A DNA stretch of 63,859 nucleotides, counting the filler, from Bigelowiella natans CCMP2755 (taxonomy: Eukaryota > Protista > Cercozoa), in NCBI GenBank assembly GCA_000320545.1. It is 5 parts of 5 records of this genome, joined end to end, with 100 filler letters (N's around TTAATTAATTAA, not from the genome) between each part and the next. Parts side by side here need not be neighbours in the genome. Positions count along the whole stretch, not along the records: positions 1 to 19,408 come from ADNK01002904.1; 4 more parts are not named here. The stretch is one strand, 5' to 3'. Numbering within the stretch: position 1 is the first letter of the stretch; each line of letters starts with the position of its first letter. The notes beneath the pieces are model-generated. The model was not told the origin of the DNA, ran no database searches, and saw nothing but the letters and a program-made list of their open reading frames with translations. Below, piece by piece: positions 1 to 13,367 of the stretch. The position numbers and the translations under genes were made by a program.

Positions 1-817
1 TTACATATAGACACTAGCTTGTCACACATTAGGAGTATAGATGCAGACGAACGTGGGGAATTTTTCGTTAATGGTGTTATATGTAGTGGGAGACGTAAGT
101 CCGCTCATGTATTTCACACACTCTCTCTTCCTCACACGCACACGCAAACACTCTGTCACAGCAACAGAGAGAGAGGTTGAGAGAGAGAGAGAGAGTGAGA
201 TATACATATATATATTTCAATATATAATTACACTGTATTTACAGTATCATCGATGCACACACCCAAAGTCATCAAAATACATTCAATCTCTTTCACCCAA
301 TTAATATTTTCCAAGTGTCTATCATTTGCAAAACCAAAACTCCCCGCGCCGAGGACAACAACAACAGCAACAACAACGACTACACCTTAGCAGTATTACC
401 GGCTTCATTGACGCGAACCCAACATCTCGAAAGGCCATTTGCTAGTGCAGAGATATCGAGAGAGTCCCTTGCAGACCGAAAATACCACACATGAAACGAG
501 TTATAACATACATAAAAAGCTGTTTGTGGTTATATTGAGCTCTGGTACACAAATCTTATCAAGGAATGGCAGAGAGAAAAAAGGGGGGGGGGGCGTCAAT
601 ACCTTGAAATCCGAGTAATCTCATTGATCTTGACACTTGCTGCTAAGAGATAGAGTCGGGGAAAAACCTAACGGCGCAGACAAAACGTTTGCTGATTCAA
701 AAAAAGAATTGCATGAGAAACTACTGGACTGGGCGCGCTGGTTCGTGAGGACTGTGATGTATTGCTCTCTTAACACTAATGGTGCCTATGCATCTACACT
801 GGGGGAGGAAGGGGGAT

Positions 818-865
<48 letters not shown>

Positions 866-1180
866 CAATGGGGGAAAGAAATAGCAGATCGATATTGTTA
901 AGAGCGGTAGTCGTCGTAGTTGTGCTTTTCACGCGTAATTTCAGTGTTCTCTGAGCACATAGCTTCGATGCACGATTTATGTTGTTAGGTGAGATATAAC
1001 CCTCTGAAATTTGATGGGGGCGCTGCGTCCTGGCATGCCTGCAAACGCCGTTTTTGGCATTTATAGTCGTGTAATAATGGAGGGTATATTGGCAATGGTT
1101 AGGTGTTGTGCACATCATTGGGTTCTGCTCTCTCTCTCTTTCTTCGTCTCTCTCTCTCTCCCCCTCTCTCTCTCTCTCTC

Positions 1181-1224
<44 letters not shown>

Positions 1225-1256
1225 TATTAATATATATATTATATGCGTGTGTGTAC

Positions 1257-1335
<79 letters not shown>

Positions 1336-1907
1336 AAATAGAGTATGTATGCAAGTTACTGCCACGCATAAAGAACAAGAAACGACACAGATACACACAC
1401 ACACACACACAAGAAAAGGAAATGGCGTCCTGAGCTATCAACCTTTCACCCCATCTTCGGAAGGAGAGAAGATACTTGCTTCAAACGCTCGAGACTACAT
1501 AACGATTAGGAACCATACCATTGTATCCAAACCAATAAAGAAAACAGCCAGAAGATAAAAGTAAAAACGAACAAAAAAGACAAATCAAATGAAAGTAATC
1601 CTCCTGAACTCCACAGAGAGCATCTATGGAAGGCTTTGGAAATCAAAAAATAATGAAAAACTAAAAGCTCTCTCTTGGCATCTTATTCAAGATGGCGCCG
1701 CTGCGCTTGGCCATATGATGTAGTCAGGTTTATGATACGACTGGTTGGCTTCTGAGCGTGTGCGTTGCGAGCTGTTTGGCAATCTACCCCTACCCCCCCC
1801 TCTCGCTAGCCCTGGGAAGCAACCATGGGAATTGTGAGGATAATGCGCTTTATTGAAATTGGAAGGCCTGACGTGTAAAGGACTGTTGTGTGATCACATT
1901 AGCGAGG

Positions 1908-1945
<38 letters not shown>

Positions 1946-2208
1946 GCGTGTGCATGTTTATTCATGGGGACGTAAGTGCTGAACGATAATAGATATATTC
2001 ACGAGAGGTACTTCTTCAATCCCGTAATCCCCCCTCCCCCCCTCTCTGCTCTCGCTCTTAGTACACGCACCGAAAGCGAGGGTGTCGAGTTGTCCTTGAC
2101 GTTCCTTCGCATAAACAAATTTGCGTATCATTTGAATACGTCTGCTATGCATTCATGTATAGCCCTCCGGTCTGCTGAATGCTGCAGCTTTGCGGGTTAT
2201 TTTATTGT

Positions 2209-2253
<45 letters not shown>

Positions 2254-2346
2254 CATTAGCATGCCTACCATCGCCTCAATCACAGTTCGTGACGCGAAGA
2301 TGTACGCGCCAATGATGTTCAGCCCTCCAATACTTCGATACAGTTG

Positions 2347-2385
<39 letters not shown>

Positions 2386-3229
2386 ATATGCAAAAAAAAT
2401 ATATTCGTACAATAACACCGGTAACGATAAAAACGATGATTAAATACCAATAGTGATAATATTTGTGATAAATTAAAAAAATCCGAAGAAAGCATACTGT
2501 ACATATACGCGTGTATGTGTTATATGTCTTGACTCTTAATTGATACTGAGTCTACCCAGGGCGCACTCACCTCATCTTCTTGACTAAATCAGCGTGTGCA
2601 AATATCCATTTCCGGGCCTTCAGTTACGATGACAGGTAAGCTCGCAGTAGACGTGTCGCGTATGCATCAACGAGCGAAGAAACGATTTTTCTTACGTTCT
2701 CTTCTTCTTCGAGCTCATCGACCACCATATGTCAATACAATGTGCGCATTTGCGTGTGAGAGTGTAAGTGTGTAGGTGAAAGCCACTTACAGTAAGATCC
2801 ATCGAAGGCTGCTGTTTCTTGCTGTCCTCGGGTGTCGGTATTTTTCCCTTCACACACACAAACAAACACAAACACACACAGAGCGGAGGAGAACCCATTC
2901 ATATATACACAAAAGTGACAGCATGCAACGGCGAGAAAGAGGCATGATGTACAATGACGCGGTGACGACGACCATACCAATATGTGTGGTCGGCCCCTAT
3001 GCATTTGCCCGATTAGCAGCCCTGGCGTTTCGATAAAGCATGACTGAACTTCGCTGCCAATAATCTATGAACCAAAGGACGCAATAACCTGTCTCGTAGT
3101 CGTGGCGCTCATCTATCAGCTCATCGAAGTACCCTCGCACAGACTCGTCGCATATCACCTGCGTCCAGACGACCGACGAGGCAAACGACCCACAGTCAAA
3201 TAAACCCCTTCCGTTACCTCCAATGGCAT
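1..3229 (-). CDS. ODR-4-like ER membrane protein, multi-exon; 3' part uncertain and probably runs off the window
   Basis: Spliced exons read MPLE|VICDESVRGYFDELIDERHDYET|GLLIGQMHRGRPHIL|..GKIPTPED..|..WIFAHADLVKKM|SIGGLNIIGAYIF. This follows the ODR-4 N-terminal pattern (GLLIGQ ... TP ... W..HA..V..M..GGL.V.G.F). Further exon-like segments with GT/AG ends lie at about 385-470, 600-640, 1000-1125 and 1440-1500. Confidence 0.7.
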
Positions 3230-4598
3230 ATTCTTCATACCCAACACTAGAAATATCACCTGTGCCGCCATTGCTTCGCAATGTGGCCAGTTGAAGCACC
3301 GTCCACTCGTGACAGCGGCGAAGGGGCGGGGGAAGGGAGCGAATTGCTACGAGTACGGCTCCTCCCGAAATTCTCCCGACAAAATGTTTCCTAACCCGAA
3401 AAAATAAACTTATGTACGTAATTGTTTGAAAATAAAAAATCGCTAAAATCCACAAAGCTGGCACAGCCGCCTCGACCCACATCCAAGCACAACCGGCCAT
3501 CGTGGCCGGCTAGCCGGCGTGATGGCATGCCAGCATGGCGCCGATTTCCCTTCTTTGCATGCGTGCTGGCCAAACATCTTGAACATCACCGTGAATGTGG
3601 CTGGAGCCAAAATTGCGTCGAGAACAGAATCCGTGCGCTCGCCAGAAACGTGACAGGTTTCTGGGTTTGCACAAATTGACGAGCAAGCGTTGAACACCAG
3701 AACAAGGAATTGCAACGAGCGTTCTAGCGTTGGCTGCGCCTTTTGGTTTTGCAATGTTACTTGCACGTTGCACGCGTGCACAGGCGTGCACAGGAGATCA
3801 ACGATCACACGAGCAGGAAGTTTGCACTGAGGATTTTGTTTCTGAAACTGATGATTGAATGACTGCGTTTCCAAGCTGCCTAGCTGGTCAGATCGTCAGT
3901 TCCAGAGTTGTGCTGCACGCACGCGTGTGTGTGTGTGTATGCTAGCGCTGCAGCGCAGCACTCCAGCACTTACATTGCAAAGTGTGAAACGCAGTGCCTC
4001 GCTAGCTCAAGCTTCGGATGTCATTGCGTGTGTTGCACGTGGTGAAACACTTCCAGACTTCCAGAGCTAGAGTTGCTAGCTTGATTGAACAACCAACAAC
4101 GGATTTCAAGTCACTTCAGCAAACTGCCATTTCCAGATTTCATTTTTTTTTCATCTGTGTCGAGACACGAACACAGGTTTTTTTGGCTCAGTTCGTCCGC
4201 ACACCTCCATTTAGACCTTACGCACCAACGCATCATCCCGCCCTGCTAGCGTGTCGTCGTGTGCTAGCAGGCTGCACAACGCATGAAGCTACAAACGCGC
4301 GAGCACAGATGAGCATCATTGGTACCACGATGTAAAATGTTTGGGACAGGAATGCGCGTAGTAGAGTTAGACGTCTCGGTCATACTAGTGACTAGTGGTA
4401 GTAATTGCAGTAGTAGTAGTGGTAGCTGCGGCATGAAATCCAATTCATGCATCACATCATGCACGAATGCGTAGCTGTTTACAGTTGATTGGGAACACTT
4501 CTATCGAGCATGTGGCCAAAGGCGTTCCTGACAGCTACTGGGTTTTTCTTGAAGTGTTGTGTACGCATGCTATTCTCCAACATCGGTCATCATCCCAT

Positions 4599-6147
4599 TT
4601 ATCGAAAAAGCATTCTCTGTGCCTGAGATACATGCCAGTAAATGAGCCACATGATGCGATCTATAGTGCACATGACGTTATTGCAAAAGCTCGTATACAT
4701 TATAGAACATATGTTAAGGAGAGGGTAGGGTGTGGTGGGTAGGTTGTACTGATTACCATCGTCATCACCATTCATTCCTTTCTTTCACATACCCTCCTCC
4801 CACCCCCTTCCCCTTGCATGTCTACCATCTCGTATCCGAAAGGTGGGTAGGTTGTACTGATTACCATCGTCATCACCATTCATTCCTTTCTTTCACATAC
4901 CCTCCTCCCACCCCCTTCCCCTTGCATGTCTACCATCTCGTATCCGAAAGGTGGGTAGGTTGTACTGATTACCATCGTCATCACCATTCATTCCTTTCTT
5001 TCACATACCCTCCTCCCACCCCCTTCCCCTTGCATGTCTACCATCTCGTATCCGAAAAACAACCCCGCATTAGCTGGGAACGCACGTAGCAAAGCGGCAC
5101 TACAGGGGTGGGATATGTGGGGGGGGAGGGAGGGGGGGGGTTAACGGTCTTAAACGCACGAACACGCGCACACACAAACTCAAAGATAGAGAAAGATAAT
5201 CTCCGCATGAAACTTCAGGGAAATCGCTTCTTCGCTTTCATGTTCGCGAACGACAGACCTGCACCCCAGATAGAAGGCGCCTATTCCCTCGGTCGCTAAA
5301 ATCCGTCGCGCAACGGAGAGCATGCCTTGATTCTGACAGTGAGTACATTCGTTATTGATGCCACGTACAGCAAGGTTGGAAATAAACCATCAGTCGTTAT
5401 CGTGGCCAAGGGAAAATAGCTACCCGCACCCGTACCTTGATTTTGCTCGTCTGCAGCCTCGATTTGAGCACATCGACTGGGAATATAACGGCCCACCCTA
5501 TTGTCCCCGCAAATCCTCCTGTGTACACGCACAAAGAGAGCACGATGCTGCTCACTTCCTAGCTCACTCGGGATGGACTCGAAGTGCAATGCTTGCGCGT
5601 GCGTGATTCTCGGTGCGATTGGTATGGCGTGTGTGCGCAGAGTCTATATTGAGGCTCATTTTCTTCTTCTTCCACCAAACAAAGGTGCTTCGCGTGTAGC
5701 TTTCAATCAATCCTTACATTGCCCCCCTCAATCCCCCTCCCCGCCCCCCCCCCCCAAAACAAGCTCCCCAATATCCGTACCCGCGAGAAGGATTTCTAAT
5801 GACGATAGTTGGTCTTTGCTTGCGAGGGCAGCCTTGTCTGCCCCCCCCCCCCGAAAGGACAGCATTCCATGGATGATCACTTCGTAACTAGATGTGCGGC
5901 AATGGACACAGAGTGCGGTTGTTGGAGCCAGAAATTAGAAACAATAATCTCTTATAATCTTGATTGGATACCCTCTCGTTTTATTCAGTCGCATCATGTA
6001 CACAGTCTCGTATATTGCTACCTCGATAGAAAGACGCAATTAAATGGCAAATCACGAGCCAGGACGCTATTCAGTCCGCGAAAGAGGCCAGGTATTCCTT
6101 CGGCCCTCACCTTTTCCACACACACACACACACAAATTGAGAGAGAG

Positions 6148-6190
<43 letters not shown>

Positions 6191-6206
6191 AAAATATATT
6201 ATATTT

Positions 6207-6241
<35 letters not shown>

Positions 6242-7068
6242 GGGGCGGGGAAGGGGGAGGGGAGGACGAGCCAAAAAACAAGCTAAAATCTGATCGAAAA
6301 CACAACCAACCGTTTTCCTAACACAATCAATCGGCCCCTTATACTGATGAACGTCTCCCTTAGCAGCGCACTTGCCCCGGGAAACCTGCAATCGCACTTT
6401 GACAACCTGCGATATGCATCACATAAGTACTAACCGTGTGAAGTTGTGCGAAAGCGAAACGCGTCTCCTCCGTCGCTAGAGCTATTGAAGATTTGCATTT
6501 CCCTCGCCTCCTGTCTCTCTCCCCCCCCCTCCCTCCCCCCTTATATCCGGTATGTTTTTCCAACCTCAGCGGGTGTGATGGCGACTGCGGAAAAGATCCC
6601 TGCCAGGCCTCCGCACAACGCATGTTCCGAGAAGTTCAGCGCCCTGTCCGTCCCTCGCATGCAGTATTTCTGTTATATGGGGGGGGGGGGAGAGAGGAGA
6701 CAGAAAACGGCGGCACCGCTGTGAGACTTGGCTTTTGGCAGAAACAACAAAGGTAATGATGAAAGAGAGAGAGGGAGGGAGAGAGAGAGAGAGAGAGAGA
6801 GGAAATGTGGCCCCACCCCCCTCTCCGAACCCATCAGGAGGATGGTGATTGATAATGATGATGATTGATGATAATGATGATGAACATGGTGCTACCCGGT
6901 ACATCGCCTTTATCCCCGTGTTGGCCGTTAGTAACACGACGTTCTCTGTCATTATCGATGCAAACGCGCCGCTTGTACCTGCGAGTGGGAGAACATATGT
7001 AGATGTAAGGGGTTGAAAGAGGAGGAGGTGTCAAGTGAGAAGCGGTAGAATTCTAGTACCGATGTGCA

Positions 7069-7103
<35 letters not shown>

Positions 7104-7661
7104 GTATAAATGTTATTTATTTTTACACATGTAATTGTACTGAATGCCATCGTCGGCCCCGTCACCTTTGTATAATGAGAACATTCCCTCCTTGCGAACC
7201 ATTTTGGAGAAGCAGTCGAACGGGCCCGCGTACAGCTTCTGTGCAAAGGAAGGGGAGCGGGGGGGTGTCAGAAAACACATCGAGGGTACGGCTATATGAT
7301 GGAATTGCATGGCGGCATTGTACAGATGCCATTGGTTACAACTGTTTAGTGTTCTTCGCGCGTATATTCCTGTAGTATGCTTGCGAAAGCCGTTTTGTGC
7401 TGCTGCGGCGCTCGACTCCTCCACACCCTCTATGGATATAAAGGCCACATTGCCGTGCTACCTTTTCTCTTGTGCCCTGCGTCTGAAGCCGTACCTTTAT
7501 CGTGTCGAAGGGTTGGCCTGGCGTAATTTGTAAATCAGTGTTCATATACACAAACGAACGTCCTTCCTCCCTATCAGTCCAAATTGCATTCTTCGGTTAC
7601 AATGCTTGCACTGACCTGCTATGACGTTGCAGACTCCTCCAAACATGGCTTTATTCAGCAT
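4599..7661 (-). CDS. Mitochondrial carrier (SLC25), carnitine/acylcarnitine- or ornithine-carrier-like, about 12 exons
   Basis: Three carrier signatures after splicing: GQPFDTIKVRLQ, TPAE|VVKVRLQ and FPVDVLKSRLQ. Also YAGPFDCFSKMVRKEGMFSLYKG, EGIPGLFRGL..LARDLP and EGIGAFYLG..LLRAFPANAGLFFGYE. ATG at 7661; proposed last exon AQRMLFR* with stop at 4599-4601. Confidence 0.9.
4734..5057. repeat. Perfect tandem repeat, 3 x 108 bp
   Basis: Units start at 4734, 4842 and 4950 (ggtgggtaggttgtactgatt...cgtatccgaaa) and are identical, with no spacers. Confidence 0.97.
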
Positions 7662-9121
7662 CGAAGAGAAGGATCGGAAGGGGGGAAATAGTAGCACATT
7701 CAATTAGTGGTGCTATCAAGGCATGCCTAGACTCGGTTGTGATAATGTTCCTTAAGTATGAGTTGAAAAAAGGTGTTTATTAGGCATGTACACTCGAAAA
7801 ACCTGATGTTGCTGACTGCGTCATCGATAATGGTTGGCGTTTCCTTTTTGCCATTTTTGCCGGCTCTTCTTCTGGATACGAACAAGAAAGATTTTTTTTC
7901 TCTTTGATGCTTGGAGAGGCAAATATTTGATCATTCATTATATCTGAGCAACCGTATTCCAATCAGCTCATCGTGCGGAAAATGAAAGAATTCGAACGGT
8001 CCTCGTGGCCAGAGGCCATCAACGAATGTCAAAGCCTAGCGGCCCTCCATTCTCTCCGTAGACATGAATGTTTAAAATTTCTAAAGTTGCAAAATGTACC
8101 TAGTGAGCTTGTGCGTTGGCTCTACGATCGCGTGGTGAAACGAGAGGCTGCCGGTGCAGATGGGTACAGAGGGAGGGAGGCTGCTTCGACGAGTTCTCAA
8201 ACTGAACGGGCAGAAGTGTATTTATTCTTACGACAAAAGTATTTTATTGTCGCAACTACAAATAACAACCTGTTTTATTTTAATTCCGTTTCTGCTAGGT
8301 CGGGAGCCAGGTAGCTTCAGCTCTACTAAATTTTCAGACGAAGACGTAGCTATCCATGCGAAGCAGAGACTATAGTTTGTGGGTAATAGCCCCCTAATTT
8401 GGAATGCGATACCATTCATAAAGCGAAAGAAACCGCATTCGCAGCAGCCATATCAGCTTTGGGTTAGGCTTGAGATCTGACATTTTTTACCACACTTTAG
8501 TCGTACTTTTCAACAGCAATTTATATATTATACGAAAAAATCGTGCAATCACTTCCATTTTCGTCCTATTTCTTTGCTTTCACATAAAAATATACGGCAA
8601 TTCATGTAGCGGTTATTATTCTGAAAATCTGAGCCAAGAAACACAAGAAGTTTCTCACCTTTCAATTGTAACGCCGTAGTTCCGGATTTGTTTAGGATGT
8701 ATTTTATGATGTCGCAGCTCCATAAAGGATTTAATATTTGCTTCCGGAATTTAACTTGCATACCCCATCGAAGAGAGTCGGGAAAAAAGTCATTGTCGCA
8801 TTAATGAATTATAGGCTATTCTTTCTCATTCAGCATCAAAAGATGTTGGGAAAATATCCGTCACTGGCACAAATACCGGGCCTTTTTCCGGGGGTCACGG
8901 CAAATATCGTTCTCGATACCCCATGTCGGAGATTCTTTGCTTTCGAAGATTTTTTCAGATGTTTTTCCTGTAAAAAAGCTTTCCGGGTATGCGAACCGCT
9001 TTTGTCTGTCCGGAGGTTACTGATCGAATTTCTTTATAAATAATATTTAGGATGTTTTCGGGTGTAAATATTGTCTAATTAATTTTTTTAACCAAGTTAA
9101 AAATCAAACAGAGGAAAGAGG

Positions 9122-9600
9122 ATGTATCGTCGCGTTGGCTCAGCACTCCGCCCCCTGTCTTGGAGAGGACTCTCCACAGCGCCATCTTCGCTTGGAGTGA
9201 TAGGAGGGGGCCAGATGGGCACAGGGATAGCATTTGTCGGCGCCGTGCATGCAAAGCTACCAGTTATTATCGTCGACACCGCGGAGGAGAAGTGCCAGGT
9301 TGTTCTTCCATTCCTTTTCTTTCTCTTTCAAATAAATATATTTAGCAGCTAAGAGGAGTGGGAGTGGGAGGAGAAATGAGGATGAGGATGATATAGAAAG
9401 TGGGAATTTCTATTGAGAATTACTCTACCCGACATCTTCTCACACAAACCCAACCACGCCTCTCTACCCCCCCCCCCGTGCAGGCATCGATGAAATTTTG
9501 CGAGAAGCTATTGTCCAAGCAAATTTCAAAAGGGAAGATCAGCGAGGAGGACAGTAATGCTGCCCTATCAAGGTAGGAGTTGAAAGAAGAAGGGACGGGG

Positions 9601-9644
<44 letters not shown>

Positions 9645-9958
9645 AATCGATGGGTAATATGACATAAAATCAACTCGCTTGCGCATTGCATGTTTTCTTC
9701 TACTGCTCAGAATATCAACCAGCACCGAGATGAAGGCCCTGTGCGAGACGGATTTCGTCATCGAAGCTGTGAACGAGAACATGCAGCTGAAAGACAAGAT
9801 CTTCGCGACACTTGACGATGTGTGCCCCGAGCACGCAATCCTTGCGACCAATACTTCCTCGATCAGCATCACTCAAATAGCTGCGGCTACGTCTCGGCCT
9901 GACAAGGTTAATACTTTGTATATAAAAACATATCATATACATATATATATATATATAT

Positions 9959-9999
<41 letters not shown>

Positions 10000-10563
10000 T
10001 GTACATATTATGTTTAAATGGAGAAGCATCAACAGCTGGTCGATGCTACTGCTTCTTCTGTTTATTCTTTTTCGTCGTCTTCCCTTATTTCTTCAGGTTG
10101 TTGGCATGCACTTCATGAACCCGGTCCCCGTGATGAAGCTCATAGAGCTCATCTCAGGCTTACGGACCTCGGATGAGACGATGCAGACGACGCGCGCGCT
10201 GGGTATGGAAAGATGCGACCACCGCGCTACATCTTCTTCCCCCCCCGTAGGAGAGATGCTTGTTTGATGTTGTTCCAATCTGCATAGCGCGCGGCGGTCG
10301 CAGTGGCCTTCTCTCGCATAGCCTTGCTCCGTGGCGGTTTGTCTTGCGCTGTTCTTTTATTTCCGTGGTTATCCCTCCCCTTCGGTGCCGCATCTCTGCG
10401 ACGATGTGGTTGATATGGAATCCTGCCCAGGCGAGTCGATGAAGAAGATCACGACGGTGTCCAAGGATATACCCGGGTTTATTGCAAACCGGATCCTCAT
10501 GCCCTACATCAACGAAGCTGCCTTTGCCCTCGGAGAAGGTGCTTGCTGTCGTGAGTTGTGCTT

Positions 10564-10600
<37 letters not shown>

Positions 10601-11113
10601 TTATACTGATATTTATATATGTAGTATATATATATGTAAGATATTCCTTTTCCGCCCCGCTGCTGATCTCTACCCTTCCCCCATCGTTGGTGTCTACCCC
10701 GCCACACGTGCCTTTGCTGCTTTCAACCCCAACGGTAGGAATTGGTACGAGGGAGGACATTGACACGACGATGAAGCTCGGTACCAATGTACCCATGGGG
10801 CCGCTCACGCTCGCGGATTTCATCGGTCTCGATACTTGCCTAGCGATTATGGAGGTGCCTCTTCTCCCTGCCCCATTTGTGCTTTGATGGAGAACAACGA
10901 CCGATACATTTCATACCAGATCAACATGCGACTTCTGCCGCATACATAAAGAGTTACCGGTCGCGTGTTTTGACGGTGTATAATCAATAACGCTAGGTTC
11001 TTCATACGGAATTGGGTGATAGCAAGTACCGGCCCGCGCCGCTTCTCAAAAACTATGTAAAGGCTGGTCTCCTGGGGAAGAAGACAGGGGAGGGTTTTTA
11101 TAAGTACGATTAA
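9122..11113 (+). CDS. 3-hydroxybutyryl-CoA / 3-hydroxyacyl-CoA dehydrogenase, mitochondrial, 7 exons
   Basis: Arg/Ser-rich presequence [18 protein letters not shown]; Rossmann motif [11 protein letters not shown]; DFVIEAVNE; [11 protein letters not shown]; [15 protein letters not shown]; [14 protein letters not shown]; [14 protein letters not shown]; final exon ...[15 protein letters not shown] (stop 11111-11113). Confidence 0.95.
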
Positions 11114-11143
11114 CTCTCAGCACCGTTGTGCATATGAACATCA

Positions 11144-11180
<37 letters not shown>

Positions 11181-12300
11181 AATAATATATATGTATATAA
11201 ATATATATAATATATATGTATATATTTATACATATGCTAGACACCATGATCGTATGCTAGCCATAAATAGCTATGCAAGGAATACCGAGCTGCCATATGA
11301 TCGATTGAGCGAAGATGTTGTCAGCTCTACAGCTCGTATGTGCGAGTCATAAATAGCTACACATGACTAGATCATTATCGCGATGCTAGCGCACAATTTA
11401 TTAACAAAGCTGTTTCACATGACGGGCAAACAACAACATATATGGGCACTAGCTAGAGCGAATGAGCTATATGCACTACATCAATGTGTGCTTCAGGGCA
11501 GTGATGCAAGATGCAGCCCCAACTAGCCAATTGCTATATAGCCGCATGCAACCAATGACATGTGTGATGATGTGATGATACACACAGCATTAGGATCATA
11601 TGCACATGTTGTCTACGCTAGCGCAGCCATGATGCTAGATAATCTAGCGCATGGGCTTGCGCTAGTAGTTCAACGTACAAGACATGCATGCACTAGCACA
11701 TGCAAATCGTATCAATAAGTAGTCATACGCGCGTATATGCGATGCATCGCATATTGCATTCACCCCACATCCCTAGCTACATGCACAAATGTGTGGCATT
11801 GTGTCTACTGTACTAGGCAGTACATGCAGTGTGTGTGCATCGATGTCCATTATCTAAGGCATGTACGTGCGACAAGTTTCACCCTAACAGAGTTCTGTGT
11901 CCCGTTGCGCGCATGTGCTGCTGACCAATAACGGTAGTTTCCATTACACAGTATCCTGTCAGCGCTCATTATAGCATTGCGTGACGCCTTCAATGCAATA
12001 TTACAGCGCTAGCACGTGTAGCGCACAAGCATACATCGCTCACGCATGCCGAGACCAGATGAATATAAACTCGAGTTATCAATCAAAATTACACCGCACA
12101 CGCTCGAGCAAAGGCTGTTTACACACAAGAGAGAATGTACTAATATTTGCAGTCCGGCTCCTCATTGAGCTGCTACGCATTTGACTTCACGTTCGATGTT
12201 TCTATCATTATCCTTCAAAATCTGTTCCCGGGCGAAAAACGCCCCCAAGCTTTTTCAGTCTAAGAGGCCTGAGTAGTATCACCGGCCAAACCGTGGGTGT

Positions 12301-13367
12301 CTACTCCTTACAAGGGCAGCACATCTTCTCAGCGCCATTGATCTTTCCATGCCTGATGGTATCGAGAACTTCGAGGAAGGAAGGAAGCATCTCGGTCTTA
12401 GCTCCAGTCATCGATGCGCCTGCAGATGCAACCGCAGCAGCGGCGTTCCCAGCAGCAGAGCACTCGCAGCACTTAGGAGTAGTGGCACACTCAGGCTTTT
12501 CGCATTGTAGCTCGCACTTAGGCTTAGGGCAGGTGGTTGGCTTCTTGCACTTCCAGTCGCAGTTGGTCTCTTCGCACACAGGGTTGCACTTCGGCTCAGG
12601 AGCGACGCACTTGGTGTGGCACTTGGCTGGGGAGCAGACCGTCTCGCACTTTGGGCATCCCTCCTCCTCACACATGTCCTTAGGGCAGCGGACGGAGCAG
12701 ATTGGCCTCTCGCAGTGGATCGTGCACTTCGCGCACGGGGTCTAGGTGTAGCGACAAGGGAATAGAAAGACGCTCAGAGTAGTCGCAGAGGATTGGACTT
12801 TTAGAAAAGACAAGTGTGCAAGGCAACCAAAGCATTGTCTGCCGCTCTACAATGTGCGTAGAATGTCAAACCATGTGTAACCGTATTTTCCGTATTCTCA
12901 CCAATGCGATCTATCTTACTATAGCTCCGCTACCTCTTCGCAAGAAATCTCGCACTTTGGCCTTTCACAAACAGGGTGGCAGACAGCTGGGCATGACGGA
13001 TCGTCACACTGCCACTTGCATTCCGGGTGACACTGAGTGGTAATGAAGTTTGGGTCAGCTACAACGTGCAGGTGGAGGTTGGGGGTGGCAAACGAGAGCA
13101 GGCCATTGAAAAAAAGAACATATTTCCGCTAAAAAATGTTAGCCTTATTTATCCATTGCATTGTGCGAGCTCATTTGTTATACAGTAGTCGCTGGATACG
13201 CCAAATCACAGTTCCGCACACATAACCAACAACTTGGTTTTGGTGAGGGAAACATAGAAGAAAACAGTATGTGATCGAAAACTAACCTGGGATCCAGCAG
13301 TAGAGTTAGTAGCGAATGCAACAGATGCAAGCGCAGCAATGAAAGGGAGGAGAACAGTGGTTCGCAT
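12301..13367 (-). CDS. Secreted cysteine-rich protein, about 206 aa, 3 exons (13367-13287, 13032-12934, 12741-12301)
   Basis: Signal peptide MRTTVLLPFIAALASVAFA; exon 2 CHPECKWQCDDPSCPAVCHPVCERPKCEISCEE; exon 3 with regular CxxxC/CExPxC spacing. Both introns are phase-0 GT-AG. Confidence 0.88.

Noticed and set aside
1011-1558. ORFs rich in YI, ER, LS, CV or TH dipeptides, here and throughout the window
   Set aside because: They are translations of intronic dinucleotide and trinucleotide microsatellites.
3422-3874. Short overlapping ORFs upstream of ODR-4
   Set aside because: No motifs or clear splice structure; left unannotated, although a small + strand gene here cannot be excluded.
4730-5089. 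Possible CRISPR array, or a 119-aa repeat protein on the + strand
   Set aside because: The units are identical with no unique spacers, the context is eukaryotic, and the repeat lies in an intron of a minus-strand gene.
7973-8375. 113-aa + strand ORF between the carrier and HBD genes
   Set aside because: No recognisable motif and no convincing splice model; cannot be supported without transcripts.
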